A stretch of 40,573 nucleotides of DNA from an uncultured virus (IMG/VR IMGVR_UViG_3300042292_001068) (Duplodnaviria > Heunggongvirae > Uroviricota > Caudoviricetes), in the IMG/VR virus record IMGVR_UViG_3300042292_001068; one strand, 5' to 3'. The position numbers were made by a program, and so were the translations under genes. Below are positions 27,339-35,706 of the stretch, one piece after another; position 1 is the stretch's first letter; every line of letters starts with the position of its first letter. The notes beneath the pieces were generated by a model that did not search any database, was not told the origin of the DNA, and saw only the letters and a list, made by a program, of their open reading frames with translations.

Positions 27339-27938
27339 TTAATCAATTTTAATATTTACAAAATCAACAACATAATTTGCGACCTTATTGAATATACGCA
27401 TACACAAATCAATATCGTATTCAGCATCGTGCAATTTCGCTTCATCTACTGCGATTCCAAGTGCCGTTGCAACCGAATGTTGTTTGAAGTCCTTAAACTG
27501 CGTTCTAACCCTTCTAAATCGGTTACTTGCGAGAACATAACAATCAATACTATCTGCCCAAAACCAAGAACCGAAATAATTATCATTATTCTGTACGAAA
27601 AATGCTCTAAAAAATGGATTATCAAATGAATTGATATTGTAACCTACCAAGTGGAATTTATCTGCCTTATTGAATTTATCAACATATTTTGAAAGCATAG
27701 AAATAATCTGACTATAAACTATTCCCATTGTAGGATATGCCATTATTTGTTCTTTGGTAACATTTCCAATTTTTAATGCTTCTTCATCAATAACTGCATT
27801 TTCATTTGGTCGAACCTTGAAATCAAATCGTTCTTTAATTTCTCCATCAATTACTATTGCCCCCGATATTTGGTGTATTCCATTCTTCCAAAATTTCGTT
27901 CCTGTGGTTTCCAAGTCGTAAAAAAATAATTTCTCCAT
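27339..27938 (-). CDS. DEDDh 3'-5' exonuclease (DnaQ / RNase T-like)
   Basis: ExoI YDLETTG, ExoII GYNINSFD, ExoIII HDAEYD. Confidence 0.9.
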   Translation of the reverse strand: MEKLFFYDLETTGTKFWKNGIHQISGAIVIDGEIKERFDFKVRPNENAVIDEEALKIGNVTKEQIMAYPTMGIVYSQIISMLSKYVDKFNKADKFHLVGYNINSFDNPFFRAFFVQNNDNYFGSWFWADSIDCYVLASNRFRRVRTQFKDFKQHSVATALGIAVDEAKLHDAEYDIDLCMRIFNKVANYVVDFVNIKID

Positions 27939-27946
27939 TTCTTTAA

Positions 27947-28912
27947 TTAGTATAATGGTTTAAATTGTATTCCGTGTTGTTCCATTACCTTCTCTAATTC
28001 AGCCAATACCTTAACGCCCATACCTTGCATTGTAGAAACTTGTTTCTTTGTTACATTACTTAATTCAGTAAGTGTTTCAAATTGAAGTATAAGACAATTT
28101 CTTAAATGGTGGCTCATTTCCATTGTTGAAATAAAAAGTCGTTCACCATTTTTAACCTTTTCAATTCTATCTTTAATACGCTGAATAATATTTGGCATAT
28201 CGCCTAAATTATAAACACCTGCTAAATCGGAAATATCTATCGTTCTTGAATTAATTTCATCGTCAAACTCATATTCATCTTCAATATCAATATCTTTTTT
28301 CTCAATTTCATTATCTTCTACATAGTTCTGAATTTCATCTGCAATTATTAATGATTGCTTTTTAAGTTGTGTAATTAGTCGTTCATCATCTGTATTGACA
28401 AGTAATCTTGCCTTCATTAAATTGAACCCCTTAATTTTTGATTGAATATCTTTTGGTAAATCTTCTATTGATAAACCATTTTCCTGCATCACCTCTGCGT
28501 GAAACATTTTTATTGTAATTATTTCCTTGCTCATTTTTTCCGATTGATTATTTTTTTCAACAATAATAACTCCATTTTGAATAAATACTTTTATATTCTC
28601 TACTCCATCTAAAATATGTATTGGTAAATTTTCAATATGGTTTTTAAGCCATTCTGATTTACCACATTCAATAAACCCATAATAAAGTCCGTTAGCATAT
28701 ATAGGGTCTAATTCATTTCTTGTTTTAGCAAATTGTTCTGCTTCTTCTTCGAGTGATTTAATTGTTGTTTTTGTATTGATGATTTCTTTCAGTCGTTTAA
28801 TTTCTTGAATAACATCATCGCCTAATTCAATTTTCGACATTAAAACTAATTCATTTATTTGTCCTTCCAATAAATCAATCAATTTATCATTTGCTTGTTC
28901 CTGTGATTCCAT
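27947..28912 (-). CDS. multidomain protein with a C-terminal RNA polymerase alpha-CTD-like domain
   Basis: ISTMEMSHHLRNCL...TLTELSNVTKKQVSTMQGMGVKVLAELEKVMEQHGIQF parallels alpha-CTD (LELSVRS.NCL...TI.DL...LGKKSL.EI...GL). Confidence 0.7.
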   Translation of the reverse strand: MESQEQANDKLIDLLEGQINELVLMSKIELGDDVIQEIKRLKEIINTKTTIKSLEEEAEQFAKTRNELDPIYANGLYYGFIECGKSEWLKNHIENLPIHILDGVENIKVFIQNGVIIVEKNNQSEKMSKEIITIKMFHAEVMQENGLSIEDLPKDIQSKIKGFNLMKARLLVNTDDERLITQLKKQSLIIADEIQNYVEDNEIEKKDIDIEDEYEFDDEINSRTIDISDLAGVYNLGDMPNIIQRIKDRIEKVKNGERLFISTMEMSHHLRNCLILQFETLTELSNVTKKQVSTMQGMGVKVLAELEKVMEQHGIQFKPLY

Positions 28913-28913
28913 T

Positions 28914-29339
28914 TTATTTTTTATTAGTAAGTTGAAAATAATCGTTTTCGCTTATTAAATACATAAGGAATTGACTTGTCATATCTTCTTTGTAATTTGA
29001 CAACCCCTGTTCCATCCAAAGTTTAAATTTAGCCAAGTGCCTTGCCTTTTCCAATCTATTCTGTTCACTATAATCTTCTACAAACATATAATTTGAATAG
29101 GTGCTATTCTTTATTTTTGTATCACCAATTATTTTAATAATCCCAATATCAAGAAGATTTGAAATTATTGCCGTTGCAGTTTGGTGTGCCATAGATAAAC
29201 CAACACGAATGTCATCGGTATTGCAATTCGGATTATCCTTAACGAAATTCAATATCTCCATTGTTTTCGATTTGATAACTCCCATTTTAAGGTTTTCAAT
29301 GTAGGTTTCCCTTTTCGCTGAACTAATTACTTGTGTCAT
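28914..29339 (-). CDS. winged-helix domain protein
   Basis: EILNFVKDNPNCNTDDIRVGLSMAHQTATAIISNLLDIGII. Confidence 0.7.
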   Translation of the reverse strand: MTQVISSAKRETYIENLKMGVIKSKTMEILNFVKDNPNCNTDDIRVGLSMAHQTATAIISNLLDIGIIKIIGDTKIKNSTYSNYMFVEDYSEQNRLEKARHLAKFKLWMEQGLSNYKEDMTSQFLMYLISENDYFQLTNKK

Positions 29340-29350
29340 ATTATATTTAT

Positions 29351-29506
29351 TTATTTATTTGTTTTTCGATTAATTATTTTAGTCAATTTATCTTCAAGTT
29401 CCTTTTCGCTAATCCATCCTTGCTCGTAATCAGCAAATGCAAGTAGTATATCTCTTTGTTTTGTTGAGATAGTGTTCATTAGTTTAATTTCGTGATGTTG
29501 TAACAT
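29351..29506 (-). CDS. small hypothetical protein
   Basis: Probable ATG at 29506 (MLQHHE), 4 nt after the upstream stop. Confidence 0.55.
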   Translation of the reverse strand: MLQHHEIKLMNTISTKQRDILLAFADYEQGWISEKELEDKLTKIINRKTNK

Positions 29507-29510
29507 AATA

Positions 29511-29747
29511 TTATTTCTTTTTAAATTGTTCAAACCATTCTCTTACATCTTCAATCTCCCTTACTTCTTGATTGAATTTAATAAGTAATTGAATTACATC
29601 TTCTTCCCTATACATTCTTTCCATTTGCCATTTAGCACCTTCAATAAAACATTCTCTTGATGCTTCACATATATCAATACCATTTATAACATAAACTCCT
29701 TGAACATATCTATTTTCAGCAACTTCTTCAAGTATTTCTTGTTTCAT
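29511..29747 (-). CDS. phage hypothetical protein
   Basis: MKQE.LEE.AE...FIEGAKWQ.ERMY.EE...EWFEQFKKK, a pattern I associate with Bacteroidota phages. Confidence 0.75.
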   Translation of the reverse strand: MKQEILEEVAENRYVQGVYVINGIDICEASRECFIEGAKWQMERMYREEDVIQLLIKFNQEVREIEDVREWFEQFKKK

Positions 29748-29758
29748 AATTATTTATT

Positions 29759-30169
29759 TTATTTATTTAATCTTAAAATCCAATCGGGTGTTTTTTGTAA
29801 AGAAGAAATATCTCTCATTCTTAATGTTGGGTGTGGTGGTATGACCAATCGTGTGCAATCGGTAAACATTCCGTTGCCTTCATAAATACCAAAATGAAAC
29901 CCCTTTGGTACATTCTCCCACATTATCTTACCATCTTTAATAGTAACTGACATATACTCCCATTTAATATCCTTATCCCACATTAATAAATCACCTACCT
30001 GTAATTTATCTTTGTATCTTACAAATGGGTATTGGTGAAAGTATTCGTGAAAGGTAATGTAGGTGCATAAATCCTTTGGCTGACCTAATCGCTTCAATAC
30101 AAAAGTTAAGCAGGTATCAGTTTTAGTCAAAGTAACATCCTTCAAAATATTTTCTATTTTTTTTGTCAT
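29759..30169 (-). CDS. NlpC/P60-like papain-fold cysteine peptidase
   Basis: DTCLTFV (cf. DCSGFV), LQVGDLL, HFGIYEGNG (cf. HVGIY.G.G); TATCTTTG box at 30187-30194. Confidence 0.6.
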   Translation of the reverse strand: MTKKIENILKDVTLTKTDTCLTFVLKRLGQPKDLCTYITFHEYFHQYPFVRYKDKLQVGDLLMWDKDIKWEYMSVTIKDGKIMWENVPKGFHFGIYEGNGMFTDCTRLVIPPHPTLRMRDISSLQKTPDWILRLNK

Positions 30170-30262
30170 AGCATAGTAATTATTTTCAAAGATAATAATT
30201 ATTTTAAATGATAATCATTTTGTTAAAAAATATTTTTGTATTTTTGGTAAAAATTAAGTGCT

Positions 30263-32080
30263 ATGAGTGAATCAAAATCAAATATGTATCTACAATTAAT
30301 CGAAGGATATGAATTGTCTTTGGAAATTGAAACCGATAAAAATAAAATCAAAATGTATCGGGATTTAATTGAAGGATATAAATTAGCATTGGAATTAGAA
30401 GAAGATTCACAACCCAAAAAACAAAAAATATCAGCAGAAAACAAAGCACAAATTAAGCAATTAATTAAAAGTATTCCTAAAAGCACATATCAAGAATATG
30501 GTGATGGTGGACTACCTTATGAATTATTGGTTTATGCTAATGACGATGAGTTTGAAGTTTCTGAATTTGTTTCTTTTAAAAACATTACGGAATTAGACAA
30601 AGTAATTGATAAAATAATTACAAAACATAAAAATAAACTACTCCGAATAGAATTTAGGTGGTCGCAATATTATGGCTATCCCGATTCAATCGAAATCTAT
30701 AATGCACAAGAATTAGAAGGCGAAGAAATTCAAGAAGAAATTAAAACAGAGCCGATTAAAATAAATGCAAAAAAGGAAGTAATAGTAGAAGAACCAATAC
30801 AGGAAGTAATTAGTGAAGAAGTAGCAAAGAATGATTTTCGACCAACTTATTTAATGACATTAGATGAATACCGAGAAAAAGTAACTCCACTAATACAGGC
30901 GTATAAGAAATTTTTAAGAAAGAATAAGGATTGGTTTGTTAAACCCGAATATAGTGGTATTGCTCATTATTCATTTGAAGAAGCACTTGAACAAATAGAT
31001 GATGAAGATAGTGCATTTGCCCCAACAACTAAATACTCAACTTACAAAAATAAAAAAGAGAAAGAAAAATCAATTAGAGAAAATTATTCTTATAAAAAAA
31101 CAAGAAAGCACGATGATAAATACACGCAAGAACCTACACCACCAAATTTGATTGCTGAAAATAAAGAGTACATTGAAAAACTTAAAAAGTATTTTTCTAC
31201 TGATGACTTAAATAGTAGAGTTGATGATGATGAAACAAAGTCAAATAAAAGAGCAGTTCGTAGAGCAATAGATAATGATATTTACAAAGAATTACTCACA
31301 AATAAAAAAGTTCAATTAATCGAATTACAAAAGGTTGCAGATAGTGTTGGTATAAGATTACCTAAATCTATTTTTGATAAGTCCACACAGAATCAAATGA
31401 AGTATGAAGAAGAATTAGGTAAATTGCTTTCTAATATTCCTATTTTAAGTTTTGAAAAATTAAAAGAATTAATTAAGCAGATTAAAGTTGATTTAATTCC
31501 ATTGGAAGAATTAGTTTACGAACAAGAATATGCACGATATACTGAATTAATTAAAAAGAACATTGGCACAACTAAAAAAGCAGAATCGTTTGGCGTTGTA
31601 ATTCCTGTTTGGAGTTTAATTTATAATTATGAATCCGAATACAGAAAAGAAAATACTGCATATAAAAATTGGAAGGGTGAGTATTACACAGAAAGCGTTG
31701 AATATGTCAAACTTAATAAATTAAAATCTGATTGGGAAAAACAATTAGAAAATTATTTGAAAGAATATGTTGCTAATCTTAAAAATTCAATCATAATAGC
31801 AATTATGCGAAATTTCCAAAGTATCAATATGCCAATTAAATCTATTGAAAGATTAACTATTGAAGTTGGTAAAAAAGGATTTGAAGGAAGTTATAAATTC
31901 ACTTTTGAAAATGGAAGTAGTTTTATTATGAATTTTCAAGGTGTGGGTGCAGGTGGATATAACATTCAATCTTACCATTTCCGTTACCTAACAAATTTCA
32001 GTAATGTTAAACTTGCTGATGGTTCAAAGGGTGGTACAAATTACTATGAAATAGCAGATAAATTTAGCACGAAAAGATAA
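30263..32080 (+). CDS. 605-aa modular protein with an N-terminal LIEGYELALE tandem tag
   Basis: Tag at aa 1-46; YGDGG at 30497-30511; C-terminal GAGGYNIQSYHFRYL motif. Confidence 0.85.
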   Translation: MSESKSNMYLQLIEGYELSLEIETDKNKIKMYRDLIEGYKLALELEEDSQPKKQKISAENKAQIKQLIKSIPKSTYQEYGDGGLPYELLVYANDDEFEVSEFVSFKNITELDKVIDKIITKHKNKLLRIEFRWSQYYGYPDSIEIYNAQELEGEEIQEEIKTEPIKINAKKEVIVEEPIQEVISEEVAKNDFRPTYLMTLDEYREKVTPLIQAYKKFLRKNKDWFVKPEYSGIAHYSFEEALEQIDDEDSAFAPTTKYSTYKNKKEKEKSIRENYSYKKTRKHDDKYTQEPTPPNLIAENKEYIEKLKKYFSTDDLNSRVDDDETKSNKRAVRRAIDNDIYKELLTNKKVQLIELQKVADSVGIRLPKSIFDKSTQNQMKYEEELGKLLSNIPILSFEKLKELIKQIKVDLIPLEELVYEQEYARYTELIKKNIGTTKKAESFGVVIPVWSLIYNYESEYRKENTAYKNWKGEYYTESVEYVKLNKLKSDWEKQLENYLKEYVANLKNSIIIAIMRNFQSINMPIKSIERLTIEVGKKGFEGSYKFTFENGSSFIMNFQGVGAGGYNIQSYHFRYLTNFSNVKLADGSKGGTNYYEIADKFSTKR

Positions 32081-32085
32081 TAAAA

Positions 32086-32373
32086 ATGACAACAATTAAG
32101 AAGAAAGAATTAAGCATTTGGGATAAACCACTTGGAAAAAAAACTTTGAAAGTAAAAGAATTACTTATCAAAAAAGGCGTGAAGGAAAATGATATTGATA
32201 TTGACTTTGATGATGAAGGAAAATTATTTCAGTTCTTTGTTTCGGTAGGTAAAAAACCTTATAATTTTGTAAGACCTTTCAGTAGTGTTTCTTATAAGAC
32301 AGATGCCAATATGAAAAAGATTGTAAGTAGTGTAGTTTCTTGGTATAAGAAAGCACCTAAAATTGTAAAATAA
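32086..32373 (+). CDS. hypothetical protein
   Basis: 95-aa ATG ORF. Confidence 0.7.
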   Translation: MTTIKKKELSIWDKPLGKKTLKVKELLIKKGVKENDIDIDFDDEGKLFQFFVSVGKKPYNFVRPFSSVSYKTDANMKKIVSSVVSWYKKAPKIVK

Positions 32374-32379
32374 AAAGAT

Positions 32380-32607
32380 ATGCCAAAGGTAATTTTAGAG
32401 TTTGATTCATTTGAAGATTCAGAAGAATTAAAAGTAGCATTAGATGGTGGGAAATGGAAAAGTGTAGTTTGGGAATTAAGCCAATACCTGCGTAATAAAA
32501 TTAAGCACCCTTCCGACACTATGACTGACGAAGCATTAAAAGAATTAGAAAAAGTAAATAGTGAATTGTACGAAATAATTCACGACAACCAAGTGTTTTT
32601 AGATTAA
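32380..32607 (+). CDS. conserved phage hypothetical protein
   Basis: LEFD..ED......ALDG.KW..V.WEL.QYLR...K pattern. Confidence 0.75.
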   Translation: MPKVILEFDSFEDSEELKVALDGGKWKSVVWELSQYLRNKIKHPSDTMTDEALKELEKVNSELYEIIHDNQVFLD

Positions 32608-32631
32608 CAATTTTGTACTGCAACTAATTTC

Positions 32632-32666
32632 ATCCCTTATCTATAAGTTGATAGGGGATTTTTTTT
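32632..32666 (+). terminator. intrinsic terminator
   Basis: ATCCCTTATC-TATAAGTT-GATAGGGGAT plus T-tract. Confidence 0.8.
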
Positions 32667-32711
32667 ATTGTTTATTTTATATTATATGTATTTTTGTTCA
32701 AAATAAATATT

Positions 32712-33251
32712 ATGGAAGCAAAAAAGAAAAAAATAGTAATAGGTGTAGTTGTTATATTGGCAATAGTCGTTGGCGTTTATTTATACAAAAAGAAAAAGAA
32801 TAAAGCAAAGACAAACACAGAATCGAAAGGAACTGAAATTAAATCTGATGCAGATGTAAATCAAACAACAAAATCTGTTGATGAAAACATTGTAGAATCT
32901 CCTACACCTGCGAAAGAAGATAATTCAGAAAACATCTTAAATGAAGTTATGAAAAATTCATTAGGTAAAGGGAAATTAAAAACTAATGATAAAAAAGTAA
33001 ATTATGTTGAGGTTATTATTAATGACCCTTTGAAAAAACCTTACACTTGGAATTTTTTCCCTACTCAAAAATTTGAAGTATTTAATGATAAAAAATTATT
33101 GACATTCAAAGGTTCTTTTAGAAATGGTGGATTAAGACAAATAATAGGTACGGATAATTATGAGTTCGGAACTGCTAATCTTACAGGTATTACAATAACA
33201 GGAAAAAACCTTGATGAAATAGCATTAAGAATGTTCACACTAAAACCTTAA
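32712..33251 (+). CDS. N-terminally anchored membrane protein
   Basis: Start ATG 32712; KKKIVIGVVVILAIVVGVYLYKKKK; TATTTTTG box at 32689-32696. Confidence 0.8.
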   Translation: MEAKKKKIVIGVVVILAIVVGVYLYKKKKNKAKTNTESKGTEIKSDADVNQTTKSVDENIVESPTPAKEDNSENILNEVMKNSLGKGKLKTNDKKVNYVEVIINDPLKKPYTWNFFPTQKFEVFNDKKLLTFKGSFRNGGLRQIIGTDNYEFGTANLTGITITGKNLDEIALRMFTLKP

Positions 33252-33260
33252 TTCAACAAA

Positions 33261-33617
33261 ATGAATAAGAAATATATTATTTTAGGATTAGTAATTACAG
33301 GAGTTGTTGGTGCTATTTATTTTTATAATAAGAACAAAAAAATATCAAATACAAATAATTCAGAAAATAATACTAATCAATCTGATTTCGCATCGAAACA
33401 ACAAGCGAATGAAATAATTAAATCATTTTCGGATATGGGAACTCCAATACAATCTGAAAAAATTAATTATTTTATTGATTTATACACAAAAGAAATACCT
33501 AAATCACTTCATCCAAAAATACTTGCTTTAATCAAAAAAAACTTTTCAGAATGGACAGAGCAAGATAGAAATGATTTTAAGGTATTTCAAGAAAAAATAA
33601 TTAATAAGTTAAAATAG
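33261..33617 (+). CDS. N-terminally anchored membrane protein, paralogue family A
   Basis: KKYIILGLVITGVVGAIYFYNKNKK; FIDLYTKEIPKSLH...SEWTEQD. Confidence 0.8.
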   Translation: MNKKYIILGLVITGVVGAIYFYNKNKKISNTNNSENNTNQSDFASKQQANEIIKSFSDMGTPIQSEKINYFIDLYTKEIPKSLHPKILALIKKNFSEWTEQDRNDFKVFQEKIINKLK

Positions 33618-33648
33618 ATTTCATTAAAAAATATTTTATTAAATTTGA

Positions 33649-33746
33649 AGATGTTTGTTTAAATCTGTGTTTTTCCTTAAATACACTCAATAACATCTGA
33701 AAGCGAATTACAATCCTTTGCATTATTTTGTAGAGGATTTTTTTTT
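33649..33746 (+). ncRNA. candidate ~95-nt structured small RNA
   Basis: TAAATTTG box at 33640-33647; hairpin AGATGTT/AACATCT enclosing GTGT/ACAC; terminator AATCCT...AGGATT plus T-tract; no ORF. Confidence 0.4.
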
Positions 33747-33779
33747 GTAGTTTTACAAATTAATATAAAATATAAAATT

Positions 33780-35621
33780 ATGTCAAATCCAAATAGTAAT
33801 TCGTTCAGATTGGTAGGTGCAGGAAAAACATTCCTTTCCCCTACTGATTTCATTGTTCAAGTAGATACATCGGCAGGTGCAGTAACCCTTGTGCTACCTA
33901 AAATTGAAACAATACTTGGAACTTACGCAACTATCCAACAATTTATTGGTGTTCGATTTGTAGATATTTCAAATAACGCATCTGTGAATAATATCACAAT
34001 CGAAGGTTTTGAAAGAAATACAATTAACGCAGAAAATACTATCGTGCTAAATACAGATGGTGTAGGTGGTATGATTTCTTTAATTGGAACAAACCAATGG
34101 AACTTTGTTCAAAATTCAGTAGATGGAAATGGTGGTGGAAATGGTGGTGGAAATTATCTATTACAGGAATTGCCAACGCCTTCTTGTGTTAATTACTTGG
34201 ACAGAAATGCTATCGGTAAAATTTATGAATATGGTATAAAGGAATTTGATACTACGGCAACTTCTTTTATTCTTCTTGATAATGGCGATGTGGTATCGGT
34301 AGGAGAACCTTGTTGTATTTTAGTAGATGAAACAATTATTGTAACTGCACCTTTTTTCGCTTCCGATGGAACAGACCCATCAAAAAGAGCATATTTTTTA
34401 GCGTTCAAAAAGTCGGCTTCTGATTCTACTAAATTAGATTTCCTAACTTATGTGAAAGTAACATCAGAAGAAGAAGTTAAATTCGTTGATTCGGGTGGTG
34501 GTAATAGTCGTTTAATTAGCGAAACTGAATCAACGGCTATTTTAATGAACCCAAACGCTAATTTTGAAACAGGTGGAGATTTATCACCATCAAATAATGT
34601 TAAATTGGTTTATAATTCAGCAACAAACACATTAACAAGTGAAGTAGTATTTCCATTTCCAAATCCAATTAGTGCATTAGAGATATTTAATCAATTAACA
34701 GGTTTATCTGTTGTAGCCGATAATTGGAAACCTGCTGATGCTCAATATCTTTACAATGGTCAATTAGATGGCACGGCACTAATGAATGGTCAATACGAGG
34801 GTGTTTGGTGGGTATCGAATGATGATAATACTGATTTTCCTGTTGGAAAGCAAGAATACAATTATGTAATTGGAATTAATTTCGTAACAGGCGAAACATA
34901 TCTTACAGATGCCCTTGAAGGAGTTAATAACTTGACAAACTTCTCTTATGCACCCGATGGTAAACCAATAACATTTATGGTCGCACATCCAAAAGGAGTT
35001 CAGTTTTATTTGAACGATGGTGTATCGCCCGATAATGGAAATAACAACATTGGTGTTACAGGTATTTTCTCTACCCTTTGGACAAATAATACTCAATGTA
35101 TTTATCTAAATTCAAGATGTGGTGATAACGGATTATTTGCCAATACAAATGGTAGTTATGGGAATGTTGGAAATAAATTTGAATCAAAATTAAAATATGG
35201 ATATTACGATAAGGAATATATTTTCCAATTAGGTTTTTCTGTTGATTGGTATAATGGTACGGCAAACAATATAATCCTTTGGCGTTGGAAATTAGATTCA
35301 CAAAATCTTGAATTTGAAACATTACAAATTCCTTTGGCGTGGAGTAATGCAAGTAAATCTATAAATTATCTTTCTGTAACTTCTGCTAACGGATATTCAT
35401 TAGCATTTGGTTATGAAGGAATGGTTGTTAATTCAGATAATTTCAGTCCTACAATTAATGGAATATATTGGGATGATAAAGAAGTTAATCCTGTTCAATT
35501 AAAAAGCAATCTTAATTTTGGTTCTGCTTTATTAAATAGCGAATCATATAACTTAATGGCAACAAATAGTTATGGTGGTTATTTAGTAATGATTGATTCA
35601 TACGATTCTGTTAAATTCTAA
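33780..35621 (+). CDS. fibre/spike protein 3: shared anchor domain, Gly linker and non-repetitive beta-rich head
   Basis: N-terminal ~110 aa nearly identical in pattern to 20500; GNGGGNGGG linker. Confidence 0.8.
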   Translation: MSNPNSNSFRLVGAGKTFLSPTDFIVQVDTSAGAVTLVLPKIETILGTYATIQQFIGVRFVDISNNASVNNITIEGFERNTINAENTIVLNTDGVGGMISLIGTNQWNFVQNSVDGNGGGNGGGNYLLQELPTPSCVNYLDRNAIGKIYEYGIKEFDTTATSFILLDNGDVVSVGEPCCILVDETIIVTAPFFASDGTDPSKRAYFLAFKKSASDSTKLDFLTYVKVTSEEEVKFVDSGGGNSRLISETESTAILMNPNANFETGGDLSPSNNVKLVYNSATNTLTSEVVFPFPNPISALEIFNQLTGLSVVADNWKPADAQYLYNGQLDGTALMNGQYEGVWWVSNDDNTDFPVGKQEYNYVIGINFVTGETYLTDALEGVNNLTNFSYAPDGKPITFMVAHPKGVQFYLNDGVSPDNGNNNIGVTGIFSTLWTNNTQCIYLNSRCGDNGLFANTNGSYGNVGNKFESKLKYGYYDKEYIFQLGFSVDWYNGTANNIILWRWKLDSQNLEFETLQIPLAWSNASKSINYLSVTSANGYSLAFGYEGMVVNSDNFSPTINGIYWDDKEVNPVQLKSNLNFGSALLNSESYNLMATNSYGGYLVMIDSYDSVKF

Positions 35622-35641
35622 ATAGACCACAAATAGTATAT

Positions 35642-35673
35642 AATCCCCTTCATTAAGTTGTTGGGGATTTTTT
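35642..35673 (+). terminator. intrinsic terminator (family)
   Basis: AATCCCCTTCATTAAGTTGTTGGGGATTTTTT. Confidence 0.8.
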
Positions 35674-35706
35674 GTAATTTAGTTTTTTTAAATCCGATTA
35701 AAAATA

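Noticed and set aside
30204..30222. Fur-box-like AATGATAATCATT
   Set aside because: 14/19 match in very AT-rich DNA, with no iron-related gene adjacent; likely chance or part of the local promoter palindrome.
30223..30486. Other antisense or alternate-frame track ORFs (e.g. 30223, 6112, 8971, 9394, 19165, 19454, 25129, 25480, 34779, 35071, 39996)
   Set aside because: They overlap better-supported genes, have atypical composition and lack promoter or leader signals.
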